DNA from: an uncultured Gemmatimonadales bacterium
Lineage (GTDB): Bacteria > Gemmatimonadota > Gemmatimonadetes > Gemmatimonadales > GWC2-71-9
Direction of reading: 5' to 3'
DNA length: 64,000 bases
Assembly (NCBI GenBank): GCA_963695555.1
Contig: CAVOGR010000001.1
Location: 192,001 to 256,000 of the forward strand
Position 1 is the stretch's first letter, and each line of letters opens with the position of its first letter. The notes under the pieces are model-generated. The model did not search any database. It was given only the letters and a program-made list of their open reading frames with translations, and was not told the origin of the DNA. The position numbers and the translations under genes are program-made. Positions 43,955 to 53,466 of this stretch are shown one piece after another.

Positions 43955-45341
43955 CGATCCCCGTGTTGCCATCGTGGAAGTCGTAGAAGGGCAGTATGAC
44001 GACGACGGAACGCGAGCGCTCCGCAAGGCGCTGCAACGGCTCGCCGAGTTGCTCGATTGGGACACTGGCACGTCGGTACTTGGCGAGGTCATCCCGTCGG
44101 GGGCCCGCGTCCTGGTGAAACCCAATTGGGTGTCCCACGCCAATCAGGGGCCATGGGGGCTCGATCCCCTAATCACCAACAGTGCCCTCATCCGGGACAC
44201 GGTCCAGGCTGTGCTGCAGACCAAGGCTGCCGAGGTCGTGGTTGGGGATGCTCCACTCCAGCTGTGCGACTTCGAGCGGCTGGTACGAGACAGCGGTGTC
44301 CGCCAATGGGCGGAGCCCCTGAGTGGCAGCGACCCCCGTTTCAAGGGGGTCCAGGATTTCCGGCGGACCACCTGCGAGGTTCAGGATGGCCGGCGCGTCG
44401 CGTCCGAAGATCGCGTGGCCCGCGAACACTTTGTGCTGTACGACCTCGGCACCGACAGCCTGCTCGAACCCATAACCGATGGGAATGGTTCGTTCCGCGT
44501 TACCCAGTACAACCCCACCCACATGATACGGACCCATGCTCCCGGGCGCCATCAATATTTGGTCGCTCGCGCCGTTATCGAGGCGGACGTCGTCGTGAAT
44601 CTGCCGAAGCTCAAGACCCACAAGAAGGCCGGCGTAACCTGTGCCCTCAAGAACCTGATCGGAATCAACGGAAACAAGGAATACCTGCCCCATCACCGGG
44701 TTGGCGGAGCCGAGTCCGGCGGGGATTGCTATCCGGGCGGCAGCCGAGTGAAGCGAGCGCAAGAATACGCCCTGGACCGGATGAACCTGACCCAGTCCCG
44801 TTTGGGTCAGGGTCTTTGGCGGGATGCAGCCCGATGGTTGGATCGTATTGCTCGGCTCGGCGGGGATCGATTGGGTGTCGAAGGATCCTGGGCCGGCAAC
44901 GACACCATTTGGCGCACGTGTCTGGATCTCAACAGGTTGTTGCACTATGGCCGGGCGGATGGCTCCCTTGCCGACCAGCCGCAGCGGGAAGTGATTCACG
45001 TGGTGGACGCCGTGATTGCCGGCCATGGCGATGGCCCGCTGGCTCCGGAACCCCTGCCCCTTCGGCTCCTGCTGGCCGGCCGCAATGCCGCCGCCATCGA
45101 CTGGGTTGGTGCCATGCTTCTGGGCTACGACCCGCTCAAGATCCCCATTGTCCGTGAAGCCTTCGGCTCCTTCCGATGGCCCATCGCCCCGTTCGCGCCG
45201 GAGGATATCAGGGTGCTGGGCGACCACGGTTCCGGCTCTCCAGCCCGGGTGCTTGGCTCCTACCGCAGGCCGCTCGTGCCCAGTTACCCCATTGGTTGGA
45301 GGGAAGCCGTAGTGCGAACCGATTCCGAATCTGAGGCCTGA
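43941..45341 (+). CDS. DUF362 domain protein
   Basis: VLVKPN.V.H, GDAP, NLPKLKTH.KAG.T.ALKN..G, DA..AG.G.GP. Confidence 0.8.
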   Translation: MNGPNDPRVAIVEVVEGQYDDDGTRALRKALQRLAELLDWDTGTSVLGEVIPSGARVLVKPNWVSHANQGPWGLDPLITNSALIRDTVQAVLQTKAAEVVVGDAPLQLCDFERLVRDSGVRQWAEPLSGSDPRFKGVQDFRRTTCEVQDGRRVASEDRVAREHFVLYDLGTDSLLEPITDGNGSFRVTQYNPTHMIRTHAPGRHQYLVARAVIEADVVVNLPKLKTHKKAGVTCALKNLIGINGNKEYLPHHRVGGAESGGDCYPGGSRVKRAQEYALDRMNLTQSRLGQGLWRDAARWLDRIARLGGDRLGVEGSWAGNDTIWRTCLDLNRLLHYGRADGSLADQPQREVIHVVDAVIAGHGDGPLAPEPLPLRLLLAGRNAAAIDWVGAMLLGYDPLKIPIVREAFGSFRWPIAPFAPEDIRVLGDHGSGSPARVLGSYRRPLVPSYPIGWREAVVRTDSESEA

Positions 45342-45795
45342 GTGCCAATGGCGGTAGACGACCCAACGGACGAGAAATCCCCGATTGGAATGCGACGAGG
45401 GGACAATCTCCCCGCTGTGGAAGTAGGGTTGTTTTGCGAGAAGTTTCCCAACCATCACAAAATCAATGAATTCCAGCCGCGGTCCCCACCTGGAACGAAC
45501 TCTGCATAGCAGGGGGCGCTGCCTGCTCACCACCGGTATCGGCATGCACGAGGCAAGATGGCCGAATTGACACTCAGGTCCGGCTCGATTCTGACAAATG
45601 CAAAATCTAGCATAGCAAGACATTAACCCCATGTTTTATAAGATATTAAGTGGTCTTTCCTCGCTGTCCTGAATCTCCTAGTGCATAATTTTACGATACC
45701 GTCCGGTCCTTGACGATGGTATCGACCGCCTCCTTGTCCCATTGTCTTAACAATCGAAGCTCTGCAACAACCACCGGAACCAACGGGATGGCGGT

Positions 45796-47478
45796 ATGAC
45801 GCTCGCTCGAAGAATCGTTTCTTGGCTGGCAGTGATGTTCGTGTGTGTGTCGGTTGCGGCCGCCTGCGATCCGGGAGCCTTGAAGGACGGCTTTGCCCCG
45901 GAAGATCCCTCGAGCCCGCCTCCCACATTCCCCCCGACACCCGCTGGCCCTGCCGAGCTACCCCGGCAGTACATCAACAGTGACTACGTGGCGGCGACAG
46001 GGGCGACGATTACGGTGCCGGCGGGGGGCGATTTCCAGGCGGCGCTCGATCAGGCGCAGCCGGGGGACGAGATCGTGCTGGCGGCGGGCGCGACCTACAC
46101 CGGGAACTTCGTGCTGTCGGCCAAGCAGGGGACCGGCTGGATTGTCATTCGGTCGTCCGAGTTGAGCCAGCTGCCGGCGCCGGGGCGGCGGGTGAGCCCG
46201 AGCGATGCGGCCCGGATGCCGAAGCTGGTGTCAGACAACGCGGCACCGGCGCTCACGGCGGCGGAGCGGGTGCACCACTACCGCGTGGTGGGGGTCGAGA
46301 TCACCAGCGCGCCCAGCACGACCTTGACCTACAACATCGTGTCCCTGGGGGGAAACCAGGAGGCGCCGGCGGACATGCCGCACGATCTGATCTTCGATCG
46401 GGTGTACGTGCACGGCCATCCGAGCCTCGACACCCAGCGGTGCTTCGCGGTGAACGGCGGGGCTACGGCGATCGTGGATTCCTACGTGAGCGAGTGCCAC
46501 ATGGTGGGGTTCGACAGCCAGGCCATCGGGGGCTGGCGGGGCACGGGCCCCTACAAGGTGGTGAACAACTATCTGGAGGGGGCCGGGGAGAACCTGATGT
46601 TCGGCGGAGCGGGGTTTTCGCCGGCGTGGGATGTGGCGGCGGACGTGGAGATCCGGGGGAATTACTTCTTCAAGCCGCTGTCGTGGAACCGGAACCATCC
46701 GACCTATGCGGGGACGCGCTGGTCGGTCAAGAACCTGTTCGAGATCAAGGACGGCCAGCGCTGGCTGGTGGAGGCGAACATCTTCGAGAACAACTGGGTG
46801 GACGGGCAGAACGGGTTCGCCATTCTGTACCAGGCGGTCGACGGGGTGAACGCGAAGATCACGGACATCACCTTCCGGTACAACATCGTGCGGTACAGCC
46901 CGGGCGGCATCAACTGCTGCGCCCGGCACGACAATACCGGGACGCGGGGACTCCCGAGCGAGCCGCTGCAGCGGATCGCCTTCGAGCACAACCTGTTCTA
47001 CGATATCGGGGTCGATGCCGGGGTGCTGGGGAGCAACGGCCGGGCGGTGCAACTGCTGGGCGATCACCGGGACACGTCGGTGCGGCACAACACGTTCTTC
47101 GCCCCCTACAGCGCGATGGTGCTCGACGGAGGGGCCGGCACCGCCCAGCGTACCAGCGTCATGGACAACATCTTCGAGCGCGGGCAGTACGGGGTGACCG
47201 GCAACGGCACCGGCGAGGGCCTGCTGGCGCTCGACGTCTACCTCCCTGGCGCGCCGTTCGTGGGCAACGTCCTCTGGGGCAACGCCTCGGTGGCCTCCCG
47301 GTATCCGGCGGGGAACTTCTTCCCGGCCGGCCTCGGCGGAGTAGGCTTCGTCGGCGGCGGCGACTTCCGCCTGGCGCCGTCCAGCCCCTATATCGGTGCG
47401 GCCAGTGACGGCACCAACCCCGGGGCTGATTTCGGCGCCATCCAGGCACGGACAACCACCGCCCGCACCGGCCAGTGA
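45796..47478 (+). CDS. Secreted/lipoprotein right-handed beta-helix (pectin lyase-fold) protein, copy 1
   Basis: Signal peptide ending VAAAC, Pro-rich linker, FQAALDQAQPGDEIVL, repeated I..N.F / N.FENN PbH1-like turns. Confidence 0.8.
   Translation: MTLARRIVSWLAVMFVCVSVAAACDPGALKDGFAPEDPSSPPPTFPPTPAGPAELPRQYINSDYVAATGATITVPAGGDFQAALDQAQPGDEIVLAAGATYTGNFVLSAKQGTGWIVIRSSELSQLPAPGRRVSPSDAARMPKLVSDNAAPALTAAERVHHYRVVGVEITSAPSTTLTYNIVSLGGNQEAPADMPHDLIFDRVYVHGHPSLDTQRCFAVNGGATAIVDSYVSECHMVGFDSQAIGGWRGTGPYKVVNNYLEGAGENLMFGGAGFSPAWDVAADVEIRGNYFFKPLSWNRNHPTYAGTRWSVKNLFEIKDGQRWLVEANIFENNWVDGQNGFAILYQAVDGVNAKITDITFRYNIVRYSPGGINCCARHDNTGTRGLPSEPLQRIAFEHNLFYDIGVDAGVLGSNGRAVQLLGDHRDTSVRHNTFFAPYSAMVLDGGAGTAQRTSVMDNIFERGQYGVTGNGTGEGLLALDVYLPGAPFVGNVLWGNASVASRYPAGNFFPAGLGGVGFVGGGDFRLAPSSPYIGAASDGTNPGADFGAIQARTTTARTGQ
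45982..47075 (+). repeat. Direct repeat unit A (~1.1 kb, near-identical to 47848-48943)
   Basis: Long identical DNA stretches visible at offset 1866-1868. Confidence 0.92.
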
Positions 47479-47515
47479 TACGGGCCAAGCATTAGCGAGA
47501 CCAAATCCGCGACTT

Positions 47516-47533
47516 GCTAGCCCGAGGGCTAGC
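47516..47533. promoter_or_regulatory. Perfect inverted repeat between the paralogs
   Basis: GCTAGCCC-GA-GGGCTAGC; no U-tract. Confidence 0.4.
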
Positions 47534-47688
47534 CCACAGTCCTGAGTTGAACGAGTGCCTCGTTGTCCCGTGCGGCAGCGGACGGAACAGCGGGGCATTC
47601 GTCTTTCCAGTTGGTCTCACTTCCACCGGTGCCCGGGTATTCTTAGACTCTCTTATTCGAAGTCTGCCATGCGACGGCGCCATGCATC

Positions 47689-49340
47689 TTGCAATTCGGC
47701 TCACTCGCCGTGAGACTTCATGCGGATCATGCCTCTGCCGAGATTCACCATCCACAGACTGTGACCGCTCTGGCGCCCGCAGGCATCGCTCTGCCGATGC
47801 AATCAGTGTCCATGCCGCCAGAACTACCGCGGGTGTTGCTGAGCACCGACTACATACCGGCGACGGGGGCGACGCTGACGGTGCCGGCGGGCGGGGACTT
47901 CCAGGCGGCGCTCAACCAGGCCCAGCCAGGGGACGAGATCGTGCTGGCGGCGGGGGCGACCTACGCCGGGAATTTTGTGCTGCCGACCAAACAGGGGACG
48001 GGGTGGATCGTCATCCGGTCGTCCGAGTTGAGCCAGCTGCCGGCCCCTGGGCGGCGGGTCACGCCGAGTGAAGCGGTCCGGATGCCGAAACTCGCAGACG
48101 GATAACTGCAAGACCGGCCCTTACGGTGCCGGAACGGGCCCACCATTACCGCGTGGTGGGCGTCGAGATCACGAGCGCGCCAAGCACCACGCTGACCTAC
48201 AACATCGTGTACGTCGGGGGGGGCCAGGAGGCGCCGACGGACATGCCCCACGATATCATTTTCGATCGGGTGTACGTGCACGGTCATCCAAGCCTCGACA
48301 CCCAGCGGTGCTTCGCGGTGAACGGCGGGGCCACGGCGATCGTGGATTCCTACGTGAGTGAGTGCCATATCGTGGGGTTCGACAGCCAGGCCATCGGGGG
48401 CTGGCGGGGCACGGGCCCCTACAAGGTGGTGAACAACTATCTGGAGGGGGCGGGGGAGAACCTGATGTTCGGCGGGGCGGGATTCTCGCCGGCGTGGGAC
48501 GTGGCGGCGGATGTGGAGATCCGAGGGAATTACTTCTTCAAGCCGCTGTCGTGGAACCGGAACCATCCGACCTACGCAGGGCGGCGCTGGGCGGTCAAGA
48601 ACCTGTTCGAGATCAAGGACGGCCAGCGCTGGCTGGTAGAGGGGAACATCTTCGAGAACAACTGGGTGGATGGGCAGAACGGGTTCGCCATTCTGTACCA
48701 GGCGGTCGACGGGGTGAACGCGAAGATCACGGACATCACCTTTCGGTACAACATCGTGCGGTACAGCCCGGGCGGCATCAACTGCTGTGGCCGGCATGAC
48801 AATACCGGGACCCGGGGGTTGCCGCGGGAGCCGCTGCAGCGGATCGCCTTCGAGCACAACCTGTTCTACGATATCGGGGTCGATGCCGGGGTGCTGGGGA
48901 GCAACGGCCGGGCGGTGCAGCTTCTCGGCGACCACCGGGACACTTCGCTCAGACACAACACTTTCTTTGGGTCACGAGTCGCCATGGTGTTGACGGGAGG
49001 AGGAGCGGAGCGGACGGTTATAACCGACAACATCTTCGAGCGTGGGCGGTACGGCTTCTTGGGCGACAAAAGCTCGGAAGGCCAAGTTGCTCTCCATCGC
49101 TATATCACTAATTTTGTGTTTGTAGGGAATGTGATTTGGGGAAATTCGTCGGTGAGAGATCGATATCCCGCGGGGAACTACTTTCCGAGCAGCTTTAATG
49201 ACGTCGGGTTCCTCGGGCCTGCTGATTTCGAACTTCGTGCCACGAGCCAGTACGCCAAGGCAGCGTCCGATGGCACTGCACCTGGGCCTGATTTTGCTCC
49301 CCTGAAGCAGGCGACGGCGCGCTCCCGGCTAGGGAGATGA
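47689..49340 (+). CDS. Beta-helix protein, copy 2 (two extra bases near 48094-48107; no evident signal peptide)
   Basis: ORFs 47689-48105 and 48126-49340 align with copy 1; C-terminal ~130 aa diverged. Confidence 0.75.
47848..48943 (+). repeat. Direct repeat unit B
   Basis: Near-identical to 45982-47075. Confidence 0.92.
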
Positions 49341-50408
49341 CCCCAGCTCAGAGTCGCTGCTTACGAGCGCACGAACGGCTGCCCGATGCAACGCCGGTCG
49401 CAGCGTAGGTTCTACTTCATCGTCCCGCAGTCGATAATCTAACAGCGTAGTGTCTACGAAATACCGCCCTAGCGGTGTGTTGGACTTCAGCCACGTGCGA
49501 GAAGCGAACCTGGCACGATACAGCACACGCGCTGTTCTCTCGACGATATTAACCGAGCGTTCTCTTGGGGAGGTTGCCAGCTCAAAACCCATTTCTGAAA
49601 GCTGATGTCCAATCAAGGATTCGATGAGCGTCAGCTCCCTCTCAGAGTAGGCCTTTCTCCAGCGATCTACCGGCTGAAAGTGACCCCCTTGCAGTTCAGC
49701 GTTGAAGGAAGTATTTGGCTTGCTCACCGATCCAATACCGGCAGATAAGATGCGTGCATAATCCATTGGGTGGTCTATGAAGTGGCCTATTGTCGTAAGG
49801 GTTTCTTTCGGATTGGTTGCTAGGTCTCCGAACTGCACTTCCATATAGCGCGGTCCGAGCATGGCTGCATGTGCTCTCCCTTTTTCTGTCATCCACTCCC
49901 AGTATGACGCAGCCGCCACGAGGTCACGACTTTGCCCCACAGGCAGTGGACGGATGGAACGCTGCTTAGCGAGCGAGGCTGCGACATCGCGGCCATCTCG
50001 CACGATGTGGATGAAGAGAGCGTCAGGAAAGTGTGTTTGGATCTCTGGTATGTATAGAATGCTCTCAGGCGTACACTCGGCCCAGCGCCAAGCACCCTGA
50101 TCTATTGCGATGCCCTCCATCAAGAGACGCAGAAAGTCACCCGACGTGCGGCAATGTTCGCGGATTGTGTTTGAGAAGCTGGTTTCGTCGAGCCCCGAAC
50201 GGAGGAAGTACTCGCTCTTCAACCACCGACGGAGGAATGCTTCACGGTCCTTCCTCCGCTTGAATCCGCCACATCGAGGCCCTAATGTATTGAAGACATG
50301 AGACTCGAAGCGATAAATGGCGAAGCCGCCCGCCGAAAGAAGCAAATGGTACAGCCACGTTGTACCAGAGCGGGGGCTTCCTATGATGAATACAGGAGAT
50401 CTATTCAT
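49329..50408 (-). CDS. PAPS-dependent sulfotransferase
   Basis: 5'-PSB IGSPRSGTTWL; 3'-PB HIVRDGRDVAAS. Confidence 0.9.
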   Translation of the reverse strand: MNRSPVFIIGSPRSGTTWLYHLLLSAGGFAIYRFESHVFNTLGPRCGGFKRRKDREAFLRRWLKSEYFLRSGLDETSFSNTIREHCRTSGDFLRLLMEGIAIDQGAWRWAECTPESILYIPEIQTHFPDALFIHIVRDGRDVAASLAKQRSIRPLPVGQSRDLVAAASYWEWMTEKGRAHAAMLGPRYMEVQFGDLATNPKETLTTIGHFIDHPMDYARILSAGIGSVSKPNTSFNAELQGGHFQPVDRWRKAYSERELTLIESLIGHQLSEMGFELATSPRERSVNIVERTARVLYRARFASRTWLKSNTPLGRYFVDTTLLDYRLRDDEVEPTLRPALHRAAVRALVSSDSELGSSP

Positions 50409-50580
50409 CGGCGACTCTGACACCTCGCGTTGTTGTCATGTGAGTAATCAATGCTTCAACGTACTTGCCACGCCGTGCACCTTGAGGCTGAATCATATCC
50501 AACGCCGTCGCTGCGCCAGTGACACATCCGAGATACGATCTTGCCTCGCGCCCTGCTCCAGCAGCGCAGCTGGCAGAAAC

Positions 50581-51357
50581 TTAGCGAAGCAAACGGGAGC
50601 GAAGACGCAGGTAGTGAGTTCCCCCAAGCACTTTCGCCACCTTCTTTGCTTTCCATGTTGCCGCTTGAGCAAGTCGCGGGCCAAGACGCCCTTTTGCCAG
50701 CGCAGCGACGTAGTCAGCAGTCGCATCACTCCGGAGGGTGTAACGACCAATGATGCTACAGGTTCTGACCGTGTGCCAACGAGCCGTTGGCTCTGATGTG
50801 AAGAGCGCCTCGATGCCGGCTGCTGCCGCGGCCTCGCCGACTCGGCGAGCATAATAGCCTCCAGGCACCGACGCGGTAATGACAGGTTCACCAAGGATAT
50901 CGGCCAGACATCCAGTGCTTCGTGTCCACTCGTGCGCCAGTTCGTCATCACCACACGCAGCCATTCTTACTGGGTGCGAACAAGAATGCGATCCAACAAC
51001 ATGTCCCTGACTTCGAATGTGTCGGATGTGAGGTGCCGTGACGAAGCCAGGTGTGCCAATCCTGTCGGTCGTAACAAAGAAATGCCCCACCCATTCCCGA
51101 GCAGCCAAGAGCTCAGCGATGATCACCGCACTGATGCCACCATCGTCGAAGGTCAGCAATGTTGCCTCGAGGTCAACCTTCTTCGCATCCAACACGCTCG
51201 TTGGCCGTGGACAAGTCCTCGAATGGATCGCGTCGAGGTGCGCTTCAAACAAAGATCGCTCGAGTTTGTACGTGGCTGCATCACGGCCGGGAAACCCGGT
51301 GGCGTCTGCATGCCCCGTCTCAATGATGTCGTGGTACTCAAGAGCGATGGTGTGCAT
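50581..51357 (-). CDS. Polysaccharide deacetylase (NodB/CE4)
   Basis: L.YH, LTFDDG, GSHSCSH, SVPGG. Confidence 0.9.
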   Translation of the reverse strand: MHTIALEYHDIIETGHADATGFPGRDAATYKLERSLFEAHLDAIHSRTCPRPTSVLDAKKVDLEATLLTFDDGGISAVIIAELLAAREWVGHFFVTTDRIGTPGFVTAPHIRHIRSQGHVVGSHSCSHPVRMAACGDDELAHEWTRSTGCLADILGEPVITASVPGGYYARRVGEAAAAAGIEALFTSEPTARWHTVRTCSIIGRYTLRSDATADYVAALAKGRLGPRLAQAATWKAKKVAKVLGGTHYLRLRSRLLR

Positions 51358-52153
51358 ATGCTCGACGGGCGGTGTGTTTCCACCGCAGGTGCTTGGTGAG
51401 CTGCGGCTGCCCCCACATGGCGGACACACGGCCGGCGGTGTCGAGTGGGTGCGCTTCACCGTGATAGACAGCCTTGAGCCTTCTCATCAGAGGGTCGAGG
51501 TTCTCTAGCACGACCCGATGTTGAATCACAACATGCGACTCGCGTTGTTCATCAAACGCATAGCTGAAGTATCCATAGACGGGGCCGGTATCGACTCCCT
51601 CATCAATGCGTAAGAGCGTCATGCCGACTCGCTCAGTGTCGCGATTCACGAGGGCCCAGAAGCAGCCATGGGCATTGCGGTACTCTGGGCAGACCCCCGG
51701 GTGAAATACGTATGTGCCGTGGGTTGGCTGTGAGAAAATATTCGGTTTCAGTATGACCTTGCACAGGGCGATCATGACATGTGGTCTGCACGCGGCTATG
51801 AACTGCTCGGTTTCCGGCGTGTTTGGGCTTGGAGTACGCAAGATAGGGATGGAAGGTGGAACCGCTGGATAGCGAGCGCGAAGTCCGTCGAGGGCCCCGC
51901 TGAGCCACGCATCGTCCTTTCGTGCAACGAAGACGTGGTAGTAGAGCCGAAACGCGAGCACATCGAGCAGTCCCAGAAGTCCACTCCGCTTGTATTCACG
52001 GCGCATACGTCGCCATACGGCCTTGTGCGGCTCGTTGATGATGACAATGCCGGCAAGCGTGGATTCTGCAGCCAGCCATCGCGCGATGCCGTCTCGGTGC
52101 AACGGGCTTCCCTCATGGCACATGAGCAGCGTCACCATCGCACTGGTCACCAA
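51338..52153 (-). CDS. Formyltransferase (formyl_trans_N)
   Basis: HPG.CPEYRNAHG, GMTL..IDEGVDTGPV. Confidence 0.82.
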   Translation of the reverse strand: MVTSAMVTLLMCHEGSPLHRDGIARWLAAESTLAGIVIINEPHKAVWRRMRREYKRSGLLGLLDVLAFRLYYHVFVARKDDAWLSGALDGLRARYPAVPPSIPILRTPSPNTPETEQFIAACRPHVMIALCKVILKPNIFSQPTHGTYVFHPGVCPEYRNAHGCFWALVNRDTERVGMTLLRIDEGVDTGPVYGYFSYAFDEQRESHVVIQHRVVLENLDPLMRRLKAVYHGEAHPLDTAGRVSAMWGQPQLTKHLRWKHTARRAYAHHRS

Positions 52154-53466
52154 CAGATGCCTTGGTACTTAGGGCCCGAGGCACGGGGGCCGAATGACCG
52201 GTCAAGGTCGATGACGAGCTGATCGTCCCGGATAGCGCTCGCGACGGCCTGCGTGTCGGGACCGTTGTTGCCGATCACGATGACGTCAGCTTCGGCGATC
52301 GCCTCGGTAGGTGTCGATGCCATGAGCGACCAAATGTGCGGTATTTCTCGTTCAACGAACTCACGGTTTGCTCCGAGAATACGAGCCTCCGACACATCGC
52401 GATCGTAAATGCGGAGTTGCAAGCCTTTACCGATCAACATCTCGATGAGGGCCACCATCGGAGATTCGCGCAAGTCATCTGTGCCTGCTTTGAAACTGAG
52501 GCCGAGGACGCCTACTCGCTTCTTACCCGTAGCGAGCACCATGTTGAACGCGCGGGTAACCTGGGTCTTGTTACCATCAAGCACGGCGCGCAGGATCGGA
52601 ACACCAACATCGAGTTGTTGAGCGCGATGTGCCAAGGCACGAATATCCTTGGGCAAGCACGATCCACCGAATGCAAAGCCCGGCTTGAGATAGCGACAAG
52701 AAATATTGAGCTTCTTATCCTCGCAGACGAGTCGCATCACCTCATGGCTGTCGACGCCAAGAGCCTTGGACACATTGCCGATTTCGTTTGCGAAGCCGAT
52801 CTTGAGGGCATGGAAAGCGTTACATGCGTACTTGACCATCTCTGCAATGCGAAGAGGCACGATGTGCACGTTGGCTTCGATGCCCTCATAGAGAGTGGCG
52901 ACCTGCGCCGCGGTAGCAGAATTCTCAGCCCCGATCAGGGTAAACGGCGGCGCATAGAAATCCTCTATCGACGTGCCTTCGCGAAGAAACTCCGGATTGC
53001 TGCAGACATCAATGCCGTGGCCGATGGACTTGCCGGACGCTGCCTCCAAGGTTGGGATCACGAGGTCTTCCAACGATCCTGGTAGCACGGTGCTTCGGAT
53101 CACCACGACGTGAGGCTTGTGCTCTCCTCGCAGTGCCGTCCCGATGTCATGGCATACTCGTGTGAGGTAGGTAAGATCAATGCTTCCGTTTGGCTGACTC
53201 GGAGTCCCCACGCACACAAGCGAGATGGAGGATGCCTGAACGGCCTCGAGCGGGTCCAGCGTGGCCCGGAGTCGGCCCGCGCCGACCATCTCACGGACAA
53301 GATCGCCAATACCGGTCTCGACGATCGTGCTGTCCCCACGATTGATGAGGTCGACTTTTGCGGGATTGACATCGACGCCGATAACGCTATGCCCCTGCTT
53401 CGCGAAGCAGGCGGCCGACACGCACCCAACATAGCCAAGGCCAAATACGCTAACGGAGGTTGTCAT
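52147..53466 (-). CDS. UDP-glucose/GDP-mannose 6-dehydrogenase (AlgD-like)
   Basis: GLGYVG, CVGTPS, RSTVLPG, NPEFLREG, KY..N..H..K, FGGSCLPKD, FK..TDD.RESP. Confidence 0.93.
   Translation of the reverse strand: MTTSVSVFGLGYVGCVSAACFAKQGHSVIGVDVNPAKVDLINRGDSTIVETGIGDLVREMVGAGRLRATLDPLEAVQASSISLVCVGTPSQPNGSIDLTYLTRVCHDIGTALRGEHKPHVVVIRSTVLPGSLEDLVIPTLEAASGKSIGHGIDVCSNPEFLREGTSIEDFYAPPFTLIGAENSATAAQVATLYEGIEANVHIVPLRIAEMVKYACNAFHALKIGFANEIGNVSKALGVDSHEVMRLVCEDKKLNISCRYLKPGFAFGGSCLPKDIRALAHRAQQLDVGVPILRAVLDGNKTQVTRAFNMVLATGKKRVGVLGLSFKAGTDDLRESPMVALIEMLIGKGLQLRIYDRDVSEARILGANREFVEREIPHIWSLMASTPTEAIAEADVIVIGNNGPDTQAVASAIRDDQLVIDLDRSFGPRASGPKYQGICW

Noticed and set aside
45982..48943. Diversity-generating retroelement TR/VR pair or CRISPR array
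   Set aside because: Differences are not adenine-restricted (ACG/CGG, TCG/GCG), the unit is ~1.1 kb and coding, and no reverse transcriptase or cas genes are present.
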